Shown: positions 40,174-49,947, numbered from the stretch's first letter. The stretch: 64,000 bases of DNA from an uncultured Alphaproteobacteria bacterium (GCA_947630965.1 CANRJO010000001.1:5988-69987), one strand, 5' to 3'. Translations and numbers: made by a program. Notes: generated by a model not told the origin, from the sequence alone.

Positions 40174-40725
40174 TTATTTATCTTCTGCGTGAATGATTTT
40201 AAATTCAAGTGCAGGCAACAAACTTCTGCCGCCGGCTTTCATATCAGTAACATAAAAAGTGGCGTTCCAGATGTCGGCGCAGGTATAAGGGCTTAAGTAT
40301 TGCAGTGTGCCGACATTCACGGTTTCGCCCACGGGTACTTTGATGTTGTTTTTCACTAAATTTGAGCCATACGGCTTACGTTCTTCGGTTTTACCGCGTC
40401 CTGAAAAGCGGATACGTGTTTGCTCAAACGATTTCGCCCAGTCATAATCGCCTTTTTGGGCGGTTTTATAGATATTGAGCGTAAATTTAATATCTTTAAT
40501 ACGCTTGTTGGAAACGCATTGCGGCGAGCTTGGCAACAAATCGGAAATATTAAACAAGAGCTCCACCTCATATTTTTGATTAACAGCGCGGATGGTTGTA
40601 TCGCTTTTCATGGAAACTTCCCAATCGGTGCTTTGGGAAACAACATCCGGAAACCCGCTTTCTTGTGCCGAAAGCGCAAAAGGGCTGAAAATGAGAGTAA
40701 AAAGAAAAAGGCAAAATTTTTTCAT
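40174..40725 (-). CDS. Secreted hypothetical protein
   Basis: Signal peptide MKKFCLFLFTLIFSPFALSA. Start set at the second Met. Confidence 0.4.
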   Translation of the reverse strand: MKKFCLFLFTLIFSPFALSAQESGFPDVVSQSTDWEVSMKSDTTIRAVNQKYEVELLFNISDLLPSSPQCVSNKRIKDIKFTLNIYKTAQKGDYDWAKSFEQTRIRFSGRGKTEERKPYGSNLVKNNIKVPVGETVNVGTLQYLSPYTCADIWNATFYVTDMKAGGRSLLPALEFKIIHAEDK

Positions 40726-40897
40726 AACAATCTCCTTTGGAAAACACAGCATTCAATTTAAAATTAATTTACCCGTTTCGCAACAAAAAAGAATTCAAAA
40801 ATCAGATTCTTTTCAAAATTCAGAAAATTAAGTTTACAAACCGCTCAAAAATCTGCTTTCAAGTAAAAAAGGGCACAAAGAAATCATCGATTCGCTT

Positions 40898-40930
40898 ACA
40901 AAAAAACACGGCACTGAAAGTACCGTGTTA
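40898..40930 (-). terminator. Rho-independent terminator after rplQ
   Basis: The minus strand reads AACACGGTAC-TTTC-AGTGCCGTGTT followed by a T-run. Confidence 0.55.
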
Positions 40931-40961
40931 AAGTTGGAACAATAAAGACTTAGCAATAAAA

Positions 40962-41507
40962 TTATTCAGCTTTCGCTTTTTTAGTTTTTGTTGCCTTTTT
41001 CTCTGCTTTTTCCGATTGAGTTTCTTCTTTAGAAGCTTTTTTCTCAGCTTTCACTTCTTCAGCAGGAGCCTCTAAAGCAGCTTCTGCGGCAGCGGCGGCA
41101 GCCTTTTCAGCAGCAACGCGAGCCAAATCTTTAGCGCCTTTCACGTTGACATCACGGTCAACAAGCTCAATAATGGCCATCGGAGCGCAATCGCCGTATC
41201 TAAAACCGGCTTTCACAACGCGTGTATAACCGCCTTTGCGGTCTTTATAGCGTTCTGCCAAAGTGGAGAAAAGCTTGGAAACAACTTCATTATCGCGTAA
41301 AAAGGCAAGAGCCAAGCGACGGCTGTTCAGATCGCCTTTTTTGGCATAAGTGATCATACCGTCAGCAAAAGTGCGGAGCTCTTTTGCACGGGTTAAAGTT
41401 GTGCTGATTTGTTCATGCGTCAGCAAAGCATTTGTTAAGTTAGAGAACAAAGCTCTGCGTTGGCTTTTCGGCATATTAAAGCGTCTATGTTGATCGCCGT
41501 GTTTCAT
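40962..41507 (-). CDS. rplQ: 50S ribosomal protein L17 with an Ala/Lys/Glu-rich C-terminal extension
   Basis: MKHGDQHRRFNMPKSQRRALFSNL matches the L17 N-terminus. Start moved to this Met, which follows an AAGGAA RBS. Standalone: there is no rpoA upstream. Confidence 0.88.
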   Translation of the reverse strand: MKHGDQHRRFNMPKSQRRALFSNLTNALLTHEQISTTLTRAKELRTFADGMITYAKKGDLNSRRLALAFLRDNEVVSKLFSTLAERYKDRKGGYTRVVKAGFRYGDCAPMAIIELVDRDVNVKGAKDLARVAAEKAAAAAAEAALEAPAEEVKAEKKASKEETQSEKAEKKATKTKKAKAE

Positions 41508-41674
41508 GGTATATTCCTTTCTTTTCTCAAATGTCTTGATGGTCAAGACGGGTAAACACAAGGTCTTTACCACAGCACTTTAGGTTGAAGAGCTTCAAAC
41601 CAAGGCGCTATGTATAAAAACCACATTTGTAGCGCGCTTTTACCACACCTTTTTCAAAATTGCAACACCTTTTT

Positions 41675-42772
41675 TCATAAATTTGAACGCACAAGCTCTT
41701 TCGTGAGATAATTAAGAACCAAAAAGCCTTTGGAAGTGGCGCGTAAGGCGGTGTCTGTTTCCTCTAAAAAGCCTTCATTTTTCAAGCTGTTGAGCCTGTT
41801 TAAATCAAGCACTTCTTCAAGTTTTAAGCCTGTGATGTCATGAAAACGTTTTTTATCAAGACCTTGACGAAGCCTCAACCCCGTTATAACAAGCTCTTCC
41901 GCGCGTTCAAAGGCGGAGAGTTCTTCCGCTTTAAATCCATATTGAAGCGCATAAAACCGCCCCAGATGTTTTAAGCGCCCATGCGCCGATTGCCCAATCC
42001 CGATATAATCGCCACCTTGCCAATAAACCTTATTATGCGCCGATTCGTACGCTGTCGGGGCATAGTTTGAAACCTCGTAAAAAGGGTAACCAAAGCTTTC
42101 CGTCAGGGTGTTTGTCGCCTGATACATCAGGGCGGCGGTTTCATCGTCGGGGAGGGGGAGCTTGCGCTTGGCAAAAGGCGTGTTTTCCTCAATGGTCAGC
42201 TGATAAAGCGATAAATGCTTAAACCCAAGCTGAACGGCTTGTTCAAGCTCTTGCGCCCAAGCCTCGGGTGTTTGGTTTGGGCGTGCATAAATCAAATCCA
42301 TGGAGTGGTTATCAAAGTTTTTCAGAACATTTTCAATCGCGTGCATCGCCTGCTTCAAGTTATGCGTCCGCCCCAAAGCACGTAAATCAGGGTCATTAAG
42401 AGCTTGCACGCCCAAGGAAAGCCTGTTGATACCCGCGTTATGAAGGGCTGAAAACATATCAGGATATTCCGTGTTTGGGTTGGCCTCCAAACTAATTTCG
42501 GGCTTCTCTGCATAGCCCCAAAGATTGCCGATTGTTTCTAAAATCAGCGCCACATACTTGGGCTCTATTAACGACGGCGTGCCGCCCCCGAAAAAGACAG
42601 AGCCAATTTTGCGCTCGGGCAAAAGCTGATGATAATTTTTTAAGGCCTCAAGATATGTTTGAACAACCGCCTGTTGGTCAACATTTTTCTCAACTTTTTT
42701 AAAAAAATCGCAATATGGGCACTTGCTTTTGCACCAAGGCCAATGGATATAGACGGCAAGATTTGCGGGCAT
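41675..42772 (-). CDS. hemW: Radical SAM heme chaperone HemW (HemN-like)
   Basis: Radical SAM CxxxCxxC cluster (CKSKCPYCDF), GGGTPS, and a HemN C-terminal domain. Start at MPANLAV after a GGAGGA RBS. Confidence 0.78.
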   Translation of the reverse strand: MPANLAVYIHWPWCKSKCPYCDFFKKVEKNVDQQAVVQTYLEALKNYHQLLPERKIGSVFFGGGTPSLIEPKYVALILETIGNLWGYAEKPEISLEANPNTEYPDMFSALHNAGINRLSLGVQALNDPDLRALGRTHNLKQAMHAIENVLKNFDNHSMDLIYARPNQTPEAWAQELEQAVQLGFKHLSLYQLTIEENTPFAKRKLPLPDDETAALMYQATNTLTESFGYPFYEVSNYAPTAYESAHNKVYWQGGDYIGIGQSAHGRLKHLGRFYALQYGFKAEELSAFERAEELVITGLRLRQGLDKKRFHDITGLKLEEVLDLNRLNSLKNEGFLEETDTALRATSKGFLVLNYLTKELVRSNL

Positions 42773-42881
42773 TTTTTCCTCCACAAAAATTTTAGGCGTC
42801 TTAAAAGATTTGTCAACGAGTTTGCAAAAATAATCAGAAAAAACCCTGCTTAAAGCAGGGCTTTTTGTAAAGCAAGCTAAA

Positions 42882-43367
42882 TTAGGCTTGCGTGAAGGCT
42901 TTTTCCTGCTTGCCGGCTTCATCAGCGGTTCTGGCAACATTAATCAGAATCGTTTGTGAAACTTCAGGGTGCAGGTTAATTCTCACTTGGTAAACGCCCA
43001 AATCTTTAATGGGTTTTTCCAAATAAATATAACGGCGCTCCACATCAAAGCCAGCCTCTTTAATAGCGGCGGCAATGTCGCGGATAGTAACTGACCCGTA
43101 AAGCTGACCAGTTTCAGCCGCCTGACGGATAAGAACAGCCTTAAAGCCTTGCAAAGCCTCAGCTTTTTTAGAGGCATCGTCAAACAAAGCTTTATTATGT
43201 GCTTCCAACTCGGCTTTTTGTTTCTCAAAATAAGCCACATTAGCCTCTGTTGCGCGCAGAGCCTTGTTTTGGGGCAAAAGATAATTACGAGCGTAGCCGT
43301 TTTTAACATTGACTTTATCGCCCATTTTACCCAATTTATCAACGTGTTCAAGCAAAATGACTTCCAT
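42882..43367 (-). CDS. rplI: 50S ribosomal protein L9
   Basis: MEVILLEHVDKLGKMGDKVNVKNGYARNYLLP is a canonical L9 N-terminus. GAGGAGA RBS. Confidence 0.85.
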   Translation of the reverse strand: MEVILLEHVDKLGKMGDKVNVKNGYARNYLLPQNKALRATEANVAYFEKQKAELEAHNKALFDDASKKAEALQGFKAVLIRQAAETGQLYGSVTIRDIAAAIKEAGFDVERRYIYLEKPIKDLGVYQVRINLHPEVSQTILINVARTADEAGKQEKAFTQA

Positions 43368-43380
43368 CTTCATTCTCCTC

Positions 43381-43611
43381 TTACTGTGCCACATACGGCA
43401 ACAAGCCGATGTAACGCGCACGTTTAATGGCGCGGGCGAGTTCACGTTGTTTTTTAGCCGAAACGGAAGTGATACGGCTCGGGATAATTTTACCTTTTTC
43501 GGAAATAAAGCGTGAAAGCAACTTCACATCTTTATAATCGATTCTCAACCCATTTTCACCGGAAAAGGGGCATGTTTTTCTTTTGAAAAAAGTTTGTTTT
43601 GCCATCATCAT
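43381..43611 (-). CDS. rpsR: 30S ribosomal protein S18
   Basis: [10 protein letters not shown]...IDYKDVKLL...[21 protein letters not shown] matches S18. Confidence 0.9.
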   Translation of the reverse strand: MMMAKQTFFKRKTCPFSGENGLRIDYKDVKLLSRFISEKGKIIPSRITSVSAKKQRELARAIKRARYIGLLPYVAQ

Positions 43612-43616
43612 TCTCC

Positions 43617-43961
43617 TTAAGCGGTTTCTTCTTCAACAGCGGCAATGTCTTCATCGGAAGTCATTTCGTTGTTAAATTCATCAACTCTGATGGTCATATA
43701 GCGAATAATATCTTCGTTAAGGCGCATCAAGCGTTCATATTCAAAAATTGCTTTGGCAGGAGCGGTAATGTTTAACAAAACATAGTGCCCTTTGCGGTTT
43801 TTCTTAATGCGATAAGCGAGGTTTTTAAGCCCCCAGTTATCAACTTTTACAACTTCGCCGCCTTCTTTTTTCAAAGCATCGCTCAAGGTTGAAACAATGC
43901 TATTGACTTGTGAGGCGCCGAGATCTTGACGTGCAATAAGCACGCTTTCATAGTTTGCCAT
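43617..43961 (-). CDS. rpsF: 30S ribosomal protein S6
   Basis: [14 protein letters not shown]...[12 protein letters not shown] matches S6. Confidence 0.9.
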   Translation of the reverse strand: MANYESVLIARQDLGASQVNSIVSTLSDALKKEGGEVVKVDNWGLKNLAYRIKKNRKGHYVLLNITAPAKAIFEYERLMRLNEDIIRYMTIRVDEFNNEMTSDEDIAAVEEETA

Positions 43962-44139
43962 ATAAAATCTCCTTATGGATTCTCAACAAATCAGGCGTTT
44001 TCACGCCATCGGTTAATGTATAGCCGCGCCCTAAAACGCGGCAAGGAACGGTGCCACTATACACAAAAACTTTCCAAATGCAAGCATTTTTTATAAAGAT
44101 TATTTTAATAAATTTGTTATAATCTTCGCATAAAGCAGA

Positions 44140-44508
44140 TTGAAAGGTAAAAAAATGAGAAAAATGAAGCTCTTGGCAATGTTTTTGACGGCGGTGACTT
44201 TGGCAGGCTGTGCAAGAGTTAATTTATGGGGAAATTCAGAACAAGAATATCCCCGACAAAAAGCCGTTTATGAAGTTATGCCGCCCCGAGCAGATGTCAT
44301 AGCATTGCAAAACCTTAAAAATCGGATTGTCATCTACTGTGCCGATTCTCCATATGCCACTGCAGAAATGTGCGCAAAGAATTACGAACGTTCGGGCTAT
44401 GTGCGTTTAACAAACATTCCTTCACAGCCAGCAGACAAAGATTTTCTAAAGGCAGACACTTATCCCACACGCCGTTGGCGTAAGGACGAACTGGTTCCAA
44501 GGTGGTAA
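44140..44508 (+). CDS. Small hypothetical lipoprotein
   Basis: Lipobox AVTLAGC. 3-nt gap to yifB. Confidence 0.45.
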   Translation: MKGKKMRKMKLLAMFLTAVTLAGCARVNLWGNSEQEYPRQKAVYEVMPPRADVIALQNLKNRIVIYCADSPYATAEMCAKNYERSGYVRLTNIPSQPADKDFLKADTYPTRRWRKDELVPRW

Positions 44509-44511
44509 AAG

Positions 44512-46029
44512 ATGCAGGCGCACATCAGCACAATCGTCTTAAAAGGGCTTGAGGTTTTTGATGTTGATCTTCAAATTCAGGTAACTTCCGGCATACCGGC
44601 ATTTACCATTGTAGGCTTGCCGGACAAAACGGTTGCCGAAAGCAAAGAGCGTGTCCGCGCGGCATTTTCAGCCTTAAACATTTCTTTTCCGGCCAAGAGG
44701 GTAACGGTTAATTTAGCACCCGCGGATTTGCTCAAAGAGGGCGCACACTTTGATTTACCGATTGCCGTTGCCATTTTGTGCTGTATGCAGATTTTGCCGC
44801 AGGAAGAATTTAACGATTATATCGTTTTAGGCGAGCTCGGGCTTGACGCATCTATCATGCCGGTGGCGGGCGTTTTGCCTGTGGCGGTGCACGCTAACCG
44901 CCTTGGTAAAGGGCTGATATGCCCGGCATCTCAAGGAAGTGAGGCTGTTTGGGGCGGTTTAAAAAGCATTATTGCTGTGCCGGATTTACTTTCATTGATT
45001 AATCATTTCAAAGGCGTTCAAACACTGCCTTTCCCAACGGCAAAACAAGTTCAAAATTCAAACTCAAAGCTTGATTTATCAGATATCAAAGGGCAAGAAG
45101 CAGCCAAGCGTGCTTTAGAAATTGCGGCGGCTGGCGGGCATAATATGCTGATGATTGGTCCGCCCGGTTCGGGCAAATCTATGCTTGCCGAGCGTTTAAC
45201 AACCATTTTGCCACCTTTGTCGGCAGAAGAAGCGCTTGAAACTTCCATGATTCATTCTGTGGCAGGCGCCTTAAAAGATGGTGCGCTTGATTTAAGCCGT
45301 CCTTACCGCAACCCGCATCACAATGCCTCAACGCCGGCGCTTGTTGGTGGTGGCAAAAAGGCAATTCCCGGCGAAATTTCGTTAGCGCATAACGGTGTAT
45401 TGTTTTTAGATGAGTTGCCTGAGTTTAACCGTAGTGCGCTTGAATCGTTGCGTCAGCCGCTTGAAAACGGCAAAATAACGGTTTCCAGAGCGGAATATCA
45501 CCACACATATCCGGCGCATTTTCAACTGATTGCCGCCATGAACCCATGTCGGTGCGGATTTTTCGGGCTCGCGGGGCAGGAATGCAACAAAGCGCCCAAA
45601 TGTGCCGCTGAATATCAGGCAAAGCTTTCAGGACCGTTGCTTGACCGCATAGATATCCACATCTTTGTGCCGCCGGTAAGCCCTTGGGACATTTTCGAAA
45701 AACAAAAGGGAGAATCCTCTAAAACTGTTCTAAAACGTGTAATTGCGGCAAGGAAAATTCAGCGTGAAAGATTTATAAAAATGGGCAGACCGGAGCTTTA
45801 TACCAATGCGGAGCTCACGGCAGATTTATTAGATATGGCATCTTGGCTTGACAACGATGCAAAAAATATGTTAATAAGTTCAGCAGAGAAGTTAAAACTT
45901 TCGGCGCGCGGTTATCACCGCACTTTACGGTTGGCAAGAACAATTGCTGACTTGCAAAACGAATCGAACGTGCTTAAAATGCATATAGCAGAAGCACTCA
46001 ATTACCGTAGAATAAAGCCGATGGGATAA
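44512..46029 (+). CDS. yifB: Mg-chelatase-like AAA+ ATPase YifB/ComM family
   Basis: 505 aa. N-terminal Lon-like/ChlI domain, Walker A GPPGSGKSM, ChlI-type sensor motifs. Confidence 0.85.
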   Translation: MQAHISTIVLKGLEVFDVDLQIQVTSGIPAFTIVGLPDKTVAESKERVRAAFSALNISFPAKRVTVNLAPADLLKEGAHFDLPIAVAILCCMQILPQEEFNDYIVLGELGLDASIMPVAGVLPVAVHANRLGKGLICPASQGSEAVWGGLKSIIAVPDLLSLINHFKGVQTLPFPTAKQVQNSNSKLDLSDIKGQEAAKRALEIAAAGGHNMLMIGPPGSGKSMLAERLTTILPPLSAEEALETSMIHSVAGALKDGALDLSRPYRNPHHNASTPALVGGGKKAIPGEISLAHNGVLFLDELPEFNRSALESLRQPLENGKITVSRAEYHHTYPAHFQLIAAMNPCRCGFFGLAGQECNKAPKCAAEYQAKLSGPLLDRIDIHIFVPPVSPWDIFEKQKGESSKTVLKRVIAARKIQRERFIKMGRPELYTNAELTADLLDMASWLDNDAKNMLISSAEKLKLSARGYHRTLRLARTIADLQNESNVLKMHIAEALNYRRIKPMG

Positions 46030-46041
46030 AGGGAGAATATA

Positions 46042-48519
46042 ATGAAGAAAAATAAAATGTCAAAAATTTTGCTTGGCGTGTTAACAGCGCTGTTTGTGGG
46101 CGTTGTTGGCATGAGCGCGGCATCAGCGACAAGTTTTTATCAATCACGCTCCGTCAGTGAGATGATGGATCGTCGCCGCAATGCCGTACCTTACCAGACA
46201 ATCGGGGTGACGCAGCCTGATAGAATATTTGTATATCAAGCACCAGACGGGCAAGTACAAAGAAGCATTATTCACCCACAGTTAAGAAGAAGCGTTATTC
46301 AGCCGCGGGCAAGAAGAAACCTGTCAAAATGTGCCCAATCTCGCCAATCTCCCCAATCTCCCCAAAAACTTTGCAAACATTCGGTTGCTATGGAGCAAGT
46401 GCAACCGGTTGAGCGGGAAGTTTCCATTGAATTGGAATCCGAGCCGGAGCCTTTGATGCCAGTAGTAAAAAGAAAGCACGGCTACAAAAAGGCTGAACGT
46501 CCGCTCCCGAAGTCCAAGCCGATTGCCTTTTCAAAGCATAGAATTCCCGTTGAAGAAGACTTCGAAGAAGATTTAATGGTTCAGGATCTTGAACCTTATG
46601 AAATAAAAGACAATGAGAGCGAGATGGAGGCTTTTATTGTTAATGAGCCTGAAGAAGAGAGTGGTTGGGGGATCTTCTCTTTCCTCAAGCCTAAAAATAA
46701 AGACGGCAGTCTTTTCCCCGGAGGCGGTTGTGCAAATTGCCAAAAGAGCGGACCTTTGATTGATACGGGTCCGTGTACTTCATGCGATGACGGTCCGTTA
46801 TTGTATGCCGAACCGTGCGAATCCTGCGGCGCTTTAATTGATGATGGTCCGTGCGAAACATGTGAAGAGCCTTTGTTGTACGCAGAGCCGTGCGAATCCT
46901 GCCCGACTGTCTTAGAACCCGGCACATGCGAATCCTGCCCAACTGTCTTAGACCCCGGCACATGCGAATCCTGCCCGACGGTTTTTGAGGGTGGATCTTG
47001 CGAATCTTGTGGCAGCGTCTTAGGTGGCGGCTGTTGCGGCTGTTCTTGCCCGACCAAGGTTGAAATGCCTGACTGTTGCTCATTGGCGCCGCTTTATTTA
47101 GCGCATGTTGATTTCAACTTGGGCGATGGCGGAATAGCTCAAACCAAAGTTGGTGACTATCGGTTCCGTATTTTCGGTTGCCGTCGTTATGATCGGAACG
47201 CCGTTTTGAATCAGGGACGTGTTTTGCAAAAGAACATGGATTTTGCCAAGGTGTTTGAGCAAACAACGGGCGATTGCTATAATATTGTCAAACTCCCGGA
47301 TGACTTATGCTTACAAAAAGAGCCTTCGCCATTACCGGAATATATTTTAACGGCAGAAATTAACAACGTTTACATGGATATTTGTGACGGCTATGATTGG
47401 GATAATGCCAAAGCAAGTGGCACGCGTTCAGGTTCGGCAGAAATAACCGTTCACTGGAAGCTCTCAAACCTCACAAGAGATAAAATCTTGTGGCAGGGCA
47501 CCACCACAGGTTATGCTGACTTAAAAGATGGCGTTGAAAACGGCGAAATTCAGCTCATTGAAGACGCTTTTGCCGATGCTTCAAGCAACTTGCGTATGCT
47601 CCCCGAGTTTGAAACGCAGCTCGCCAAGCGTTTAACGCCTGAAGAGTTAACGGCTGAGCGCCAAGCCTTAATTGATGAAGAAGTGGCGCTTGATCCGGCA
47701 AAATGCAATTACAAGCCGAATTTTGATCAATGCACACCTGAGGCACCGTGCGAAGTTGTAGATGACGCATGGGCACAAACACAGGTTGTGGATACCATGT
47801 GCATCATTGATCGTCCGCCTTATGAGAGCCTGACACCTGAAAATCTTTACAAAGTCAGAGCTTCCGTTGTAGAGATTAATGCTCCAAACGGCAAGAAAGG
47901 CTCAGGGCTGATTATCAGTGAAAACTTTGTTTTAACCTCGGCGGATTTAGCCGATGATGAGGCGGAAACCGTTTGGCTCAAGACCATTAACGGCAAGAGC
48001 TTAACGGGGCGTATTGTTCGCGTCAATACCGGCAAGAACATTGCGCTGATCAAGCTTGATGAGCCCACGGATTATACGCCGCTGTCGCTGAACCTTGATC
48101 TGCCAAAAGTCAACCAAGAAGGCTTTATGGTGTTAGGTATGCTCAATGTTGATAACTTTGCCGATGGTGAAAATTACATTGACAACAAAGGTAAAGTGAC
48201 GGGCTATCGTTACAGCCAAGACAAAGGCACCGAGATCATGCTTGATACGGATGTCCAAAACATGACCATTGGTGGTGTTTTGGTGGACGAGCATGGCACA
48301 GTCAACGGTGTGGCGCACACGGGGCAAAAGACCGAAAATGGTAAAGATTTGTTCCTGCCGACTGAAACGGCGTTGCGCAGTGTTGGGCTTTCCATCTGTG
48401 AAAAGCTTTACGATAAGCCAAGCCCGTGGCAACGGACAGTATCTAAAGCCATAACGGTGAAGATTATGGACTCCAAGCCGCAAGCGCCAGAAGCTTTGCC
48501 TGTTGCAGAGCGTAAATAA
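46042..48519 (+). CDS. Secreted Cys-rich tandem-repeat protein with a C-terminal trypsin-like (S1/DegP-like) domain lacking the catalytic His and Ser
   Basis: Signal peptide. SQSPQSPQ low-complexity region. Block of CxxC repeats (PCESCPTVLEPGTCESCPTVLDPG...). C-terminal GSGLIISENFVLTSADL...NIALIKLD...IGGVLVDEHG resembles DegP blocks, but the His is replaced by Asp and GNSGGP by IGGV. 12 nt downstream of yifB. Confidence 0.55.
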   Translation: MKKNKMSKILLGVLTALFVGVVGMSAASATSFYQSRSVSEMMDRRRNAVPYQTIGVTQPDRIFVYQAPDGQVQRSIIHPQLRRSVIQPRARRNLSKCAQSRQSPQSPQKLCKHSVAMEQVQPVEREVSIELESEPEPLMPVVKRKHGYKKAERPLPKSKPIAFSKHRIPVEEDFEEDLMVQDLEPYEIKDNESEMEAFIVNEPEEESGWGIFSFLKPKNKDGSLFPGGGCANCQKSGPLIDTGPCTSCDDGPLLYAEPCESCGALIDDGPCETCEEPLLYAEPCESCPTVLEPGTCESCPTVLDPGTCESCPTVFEGGSCESCGSVLGGGCCGCSCPTKVEMPDCCSLAPLYLAHVDFNLGDGGIAQTKVGDYRFRIFGCRRYDRNAVLNQGRVLQKNMDFAKVFEQTTGDCYNIVKLPDDLCLQKEPSPLPEYILTAEINNVYMDICDGYDWDNAKASGTRSGSAEITVHWKLSNLTRDKILWQGTTTGYADLKDGVENGEIQLIEDAFADASSNLRMLPEFETQLAKRLTPEELTAERQALIDEEVALDPAKCNYKPNFDQCTPEAPCEVVDDAWAQTQVVDTMCIIDRPPYESLTPENLYKVRASVVEINAPNGKKGSGLIISENFVLTSADLADDEAETVWLKTINGKSLTGRIVRVNTGKNIALIKLDEPTDYTPLSLNLDLPKVNQEGFMVLGMLNVDNFADGENYIDNKGKVTGYRYSQDKGTEIMLDTDVQNMTIGGVLVDEHGTVNGVAHTGQKTENGKDLFLPTETALRSVGLSICEKLYDKPSPWQRTVSKAITVKIMDSKPQAPEALPVAERK
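46889..47032 (+). repeat. Four tandem 36-nt coding repeats (12-aa C-E-S-C-P-T-V-L-x-P-G-T units) inside the Cys-rich protein gene
   Basis: CCGTGCGAATCCTGCCCGACTGTCTTAGAACCCGGC and ACATGCGAATCCTGCCCAACTGTCTTAGACCCCGGC are read directly in the sequence. Two additional longer related units lie upstream (46790-46890). Confidence 0.8.
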
Positions 48520-48522
48520 ATC

Positions 48523-48552
48523 AAAGCCCCGAGTTTTCTCGGGGCTTTTTTC
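48523..48552 (+). terminator. Rho-independent terminator of the lipoprotein-yifB-Cys-rich protein operon
   Basis: AAAGCCCCGAG-TTTTC-TCGGGGCTTTTTT. Confidence 0.8.
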
Positions 48553-48649
48553 ATGGAATCAAAAACGCCCACAAAAGTGGACGTTTTTTGTTGCTTAACT
48601 AAAGCAAAAAAAAGGTACCTTAAAATTTTCTACTTGTCAAGCTCTAAAA

Positions 48650-48705
48650 CCCGCAGTTTCGCGTTGGTTAACGCGTTGCATTTAAAGGTACCTTTAAATT
48701 GCTAT
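48650..48705. repeat. Direct repeat copy X (related to 50322-50410)
   Basis: Shares GTTTCGCGTTGGTTAACGCG / AAAGGTAC / AAATTGCT blocks with copy Y. Confidence 0.5.
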
Positions 48706-48861
48706 GGTTCGACAGCCGTCGAATGTCATCCTGAACTTTGGCGCTTTAGCGCCATTCGTGAAGGATCCAGGAAAAAAGTAGCTAATTTGTTGTCCTGGAT
48801 TCTTCGGCTTCGCCTCAGAATGACGTTAAGAGGCTGTTGCAAGTTAAGAGAGGAAAAGAAA

Positions 48862-49905
48862 ATGCGATACATGATGTTTTTGTTAGGCTTGATGTTTGCA
48901 AATGTGGCAAATGCGATTGATTGTGAGAAGGTGCCGACTTGTGAAGAATTAGGTTATTCTACCGAAGATGATCCTTATTGTGCAGACAACGGTTATATGT
49001 ATTGCCCTTTAGATTATTCTTATAAAAAGTGCGTTAACTATGATTGCGCCAAAATGGGTTTTACCGATTCGGACAAAACATCGTGGTGTGGGAAGCTCAT
49101 CAAATGCAAAGGCAACGAAAGTTTCACAGCCTGTGCTTGTATTGAACCACAGCCGGAACCTTGCGCTGTCGGAAGCGTTTACTATGCCAACGGCGCATGT
49201 TCTTCTGTCGAAAAATATCAAGGTTGCGGCATACCCGTCGGTGTTGTGTATTATGTGACTGATAACGGCACTCATGGCAAGGTCATTAACTTAAAAGATT
49301 TGGGCAAAAGCGCGGGCGGTAAGTTTAATCCGGCTGATCCGTACAATAATTCTGTTTCTAAGGCTTTTGTATGGGGAATTGAAAATGATATTTCTAACCT
49401 GAAAAACTGGTATTGTAATAGCTTTAAATCTGTTGCACAAACAGAAGACAGAACGGCTGGTTTTTGGTCAGAGGGAAAAAATTATACCAATATTATTGCA
49501 AGCTATCAAAACGATGACTTGCAATATCCGGCGCCGGCAGCAAAAAAGTTTTATCCGCCGGAAGTTGAGCCGAAAAATCCGATTGTTGGGCAAGAAAAAT
49601 GGTATTTACCGACCATCGGTGAGCTTATGGACTTGTTCGGGTACGATTATCAAAACTTGGGCATAGACGTAGGTTGCGATGAGATTAACACAGGCGCAAC
49701 AGGAGAAATCAAGAAAATTGTCAATAACACTTTAAGCACGTTAAAGAATAATGGCGTGGATGCTGAAGAGCTTACCGAGAAAAAATATTCATCCTCATCA
49801 GAGTTTGATGCAAAGTACTCTTGGACACTTGATATGAAAGACGGAACAAGAACCTTCCACAGTAAGCATTACGGATTTTCTGTTCGCACAAGCCTAGCAT
49901 TTTAG
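48862..49905 (+). CDS. Secreted Cys-rich hypothetical protein
   Basis: The signal peptide MRYMMFLLGLMFANVANA begins at an internal ATG of the track ORF. The upstream part of that ORF is a leader full of repeats and terminator-like hairpins. 19 Cys. No recognisable domain. Confidence 0.55.
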   Translation: MRYMMFLLGLMFANVANAIDCEKVPTCEELGYSTEDDPYCADNGYMYCPLDYSYKKCVNYDCAKMGFTDSDKTSWCGKLIKCKGNESFTACACIEPQPEPCAVGSVYYANGACSSVEKYQGCGIPVGVVYYVTDNGTHGKVINLKDLGKSAGGKFNPADPYNNSVSKAFVWGIENDISNLKNWYCNSFKSVAQTEDRTAGFWSEGKNYTNIIASYQNDDLQYPAPAAKKFYPPEVEPKNPIVGQEKWYLPTIGELMDLFGYDYQNLGIDVGCDEINTGATGEIKKIVNNTLSTLKNNGVDAEELTEKKYSSSSEFDAKYSWTLDMKDGTRTFHSKHYGFSVRTSLAF

Positions 49906-49947
49906 AAGAAATGAGACGATTGAAACTTGCAAGGTAGCGACCTCCTC

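Noticed and set aside
46596-47083. Two antisense ORFs (153 and 130 aa) opposite the Cys-repeat region of the 46042-48519 gene
   Set aside because: The low-complexity translations (SKTVGQDSHVPG repeats) arise from reading the tandem repeats on the other strand. There is no RBS or independent support.
48553-48861. N-terminal 103-aa extension of the 48553-49905 track ORF
   Set aside because: The region contains a terminator hairpin and repeats. The protein's signal peptide starts at the internal ATG 48862, which has an AG-rich RBS. The extension is treated as a leader.
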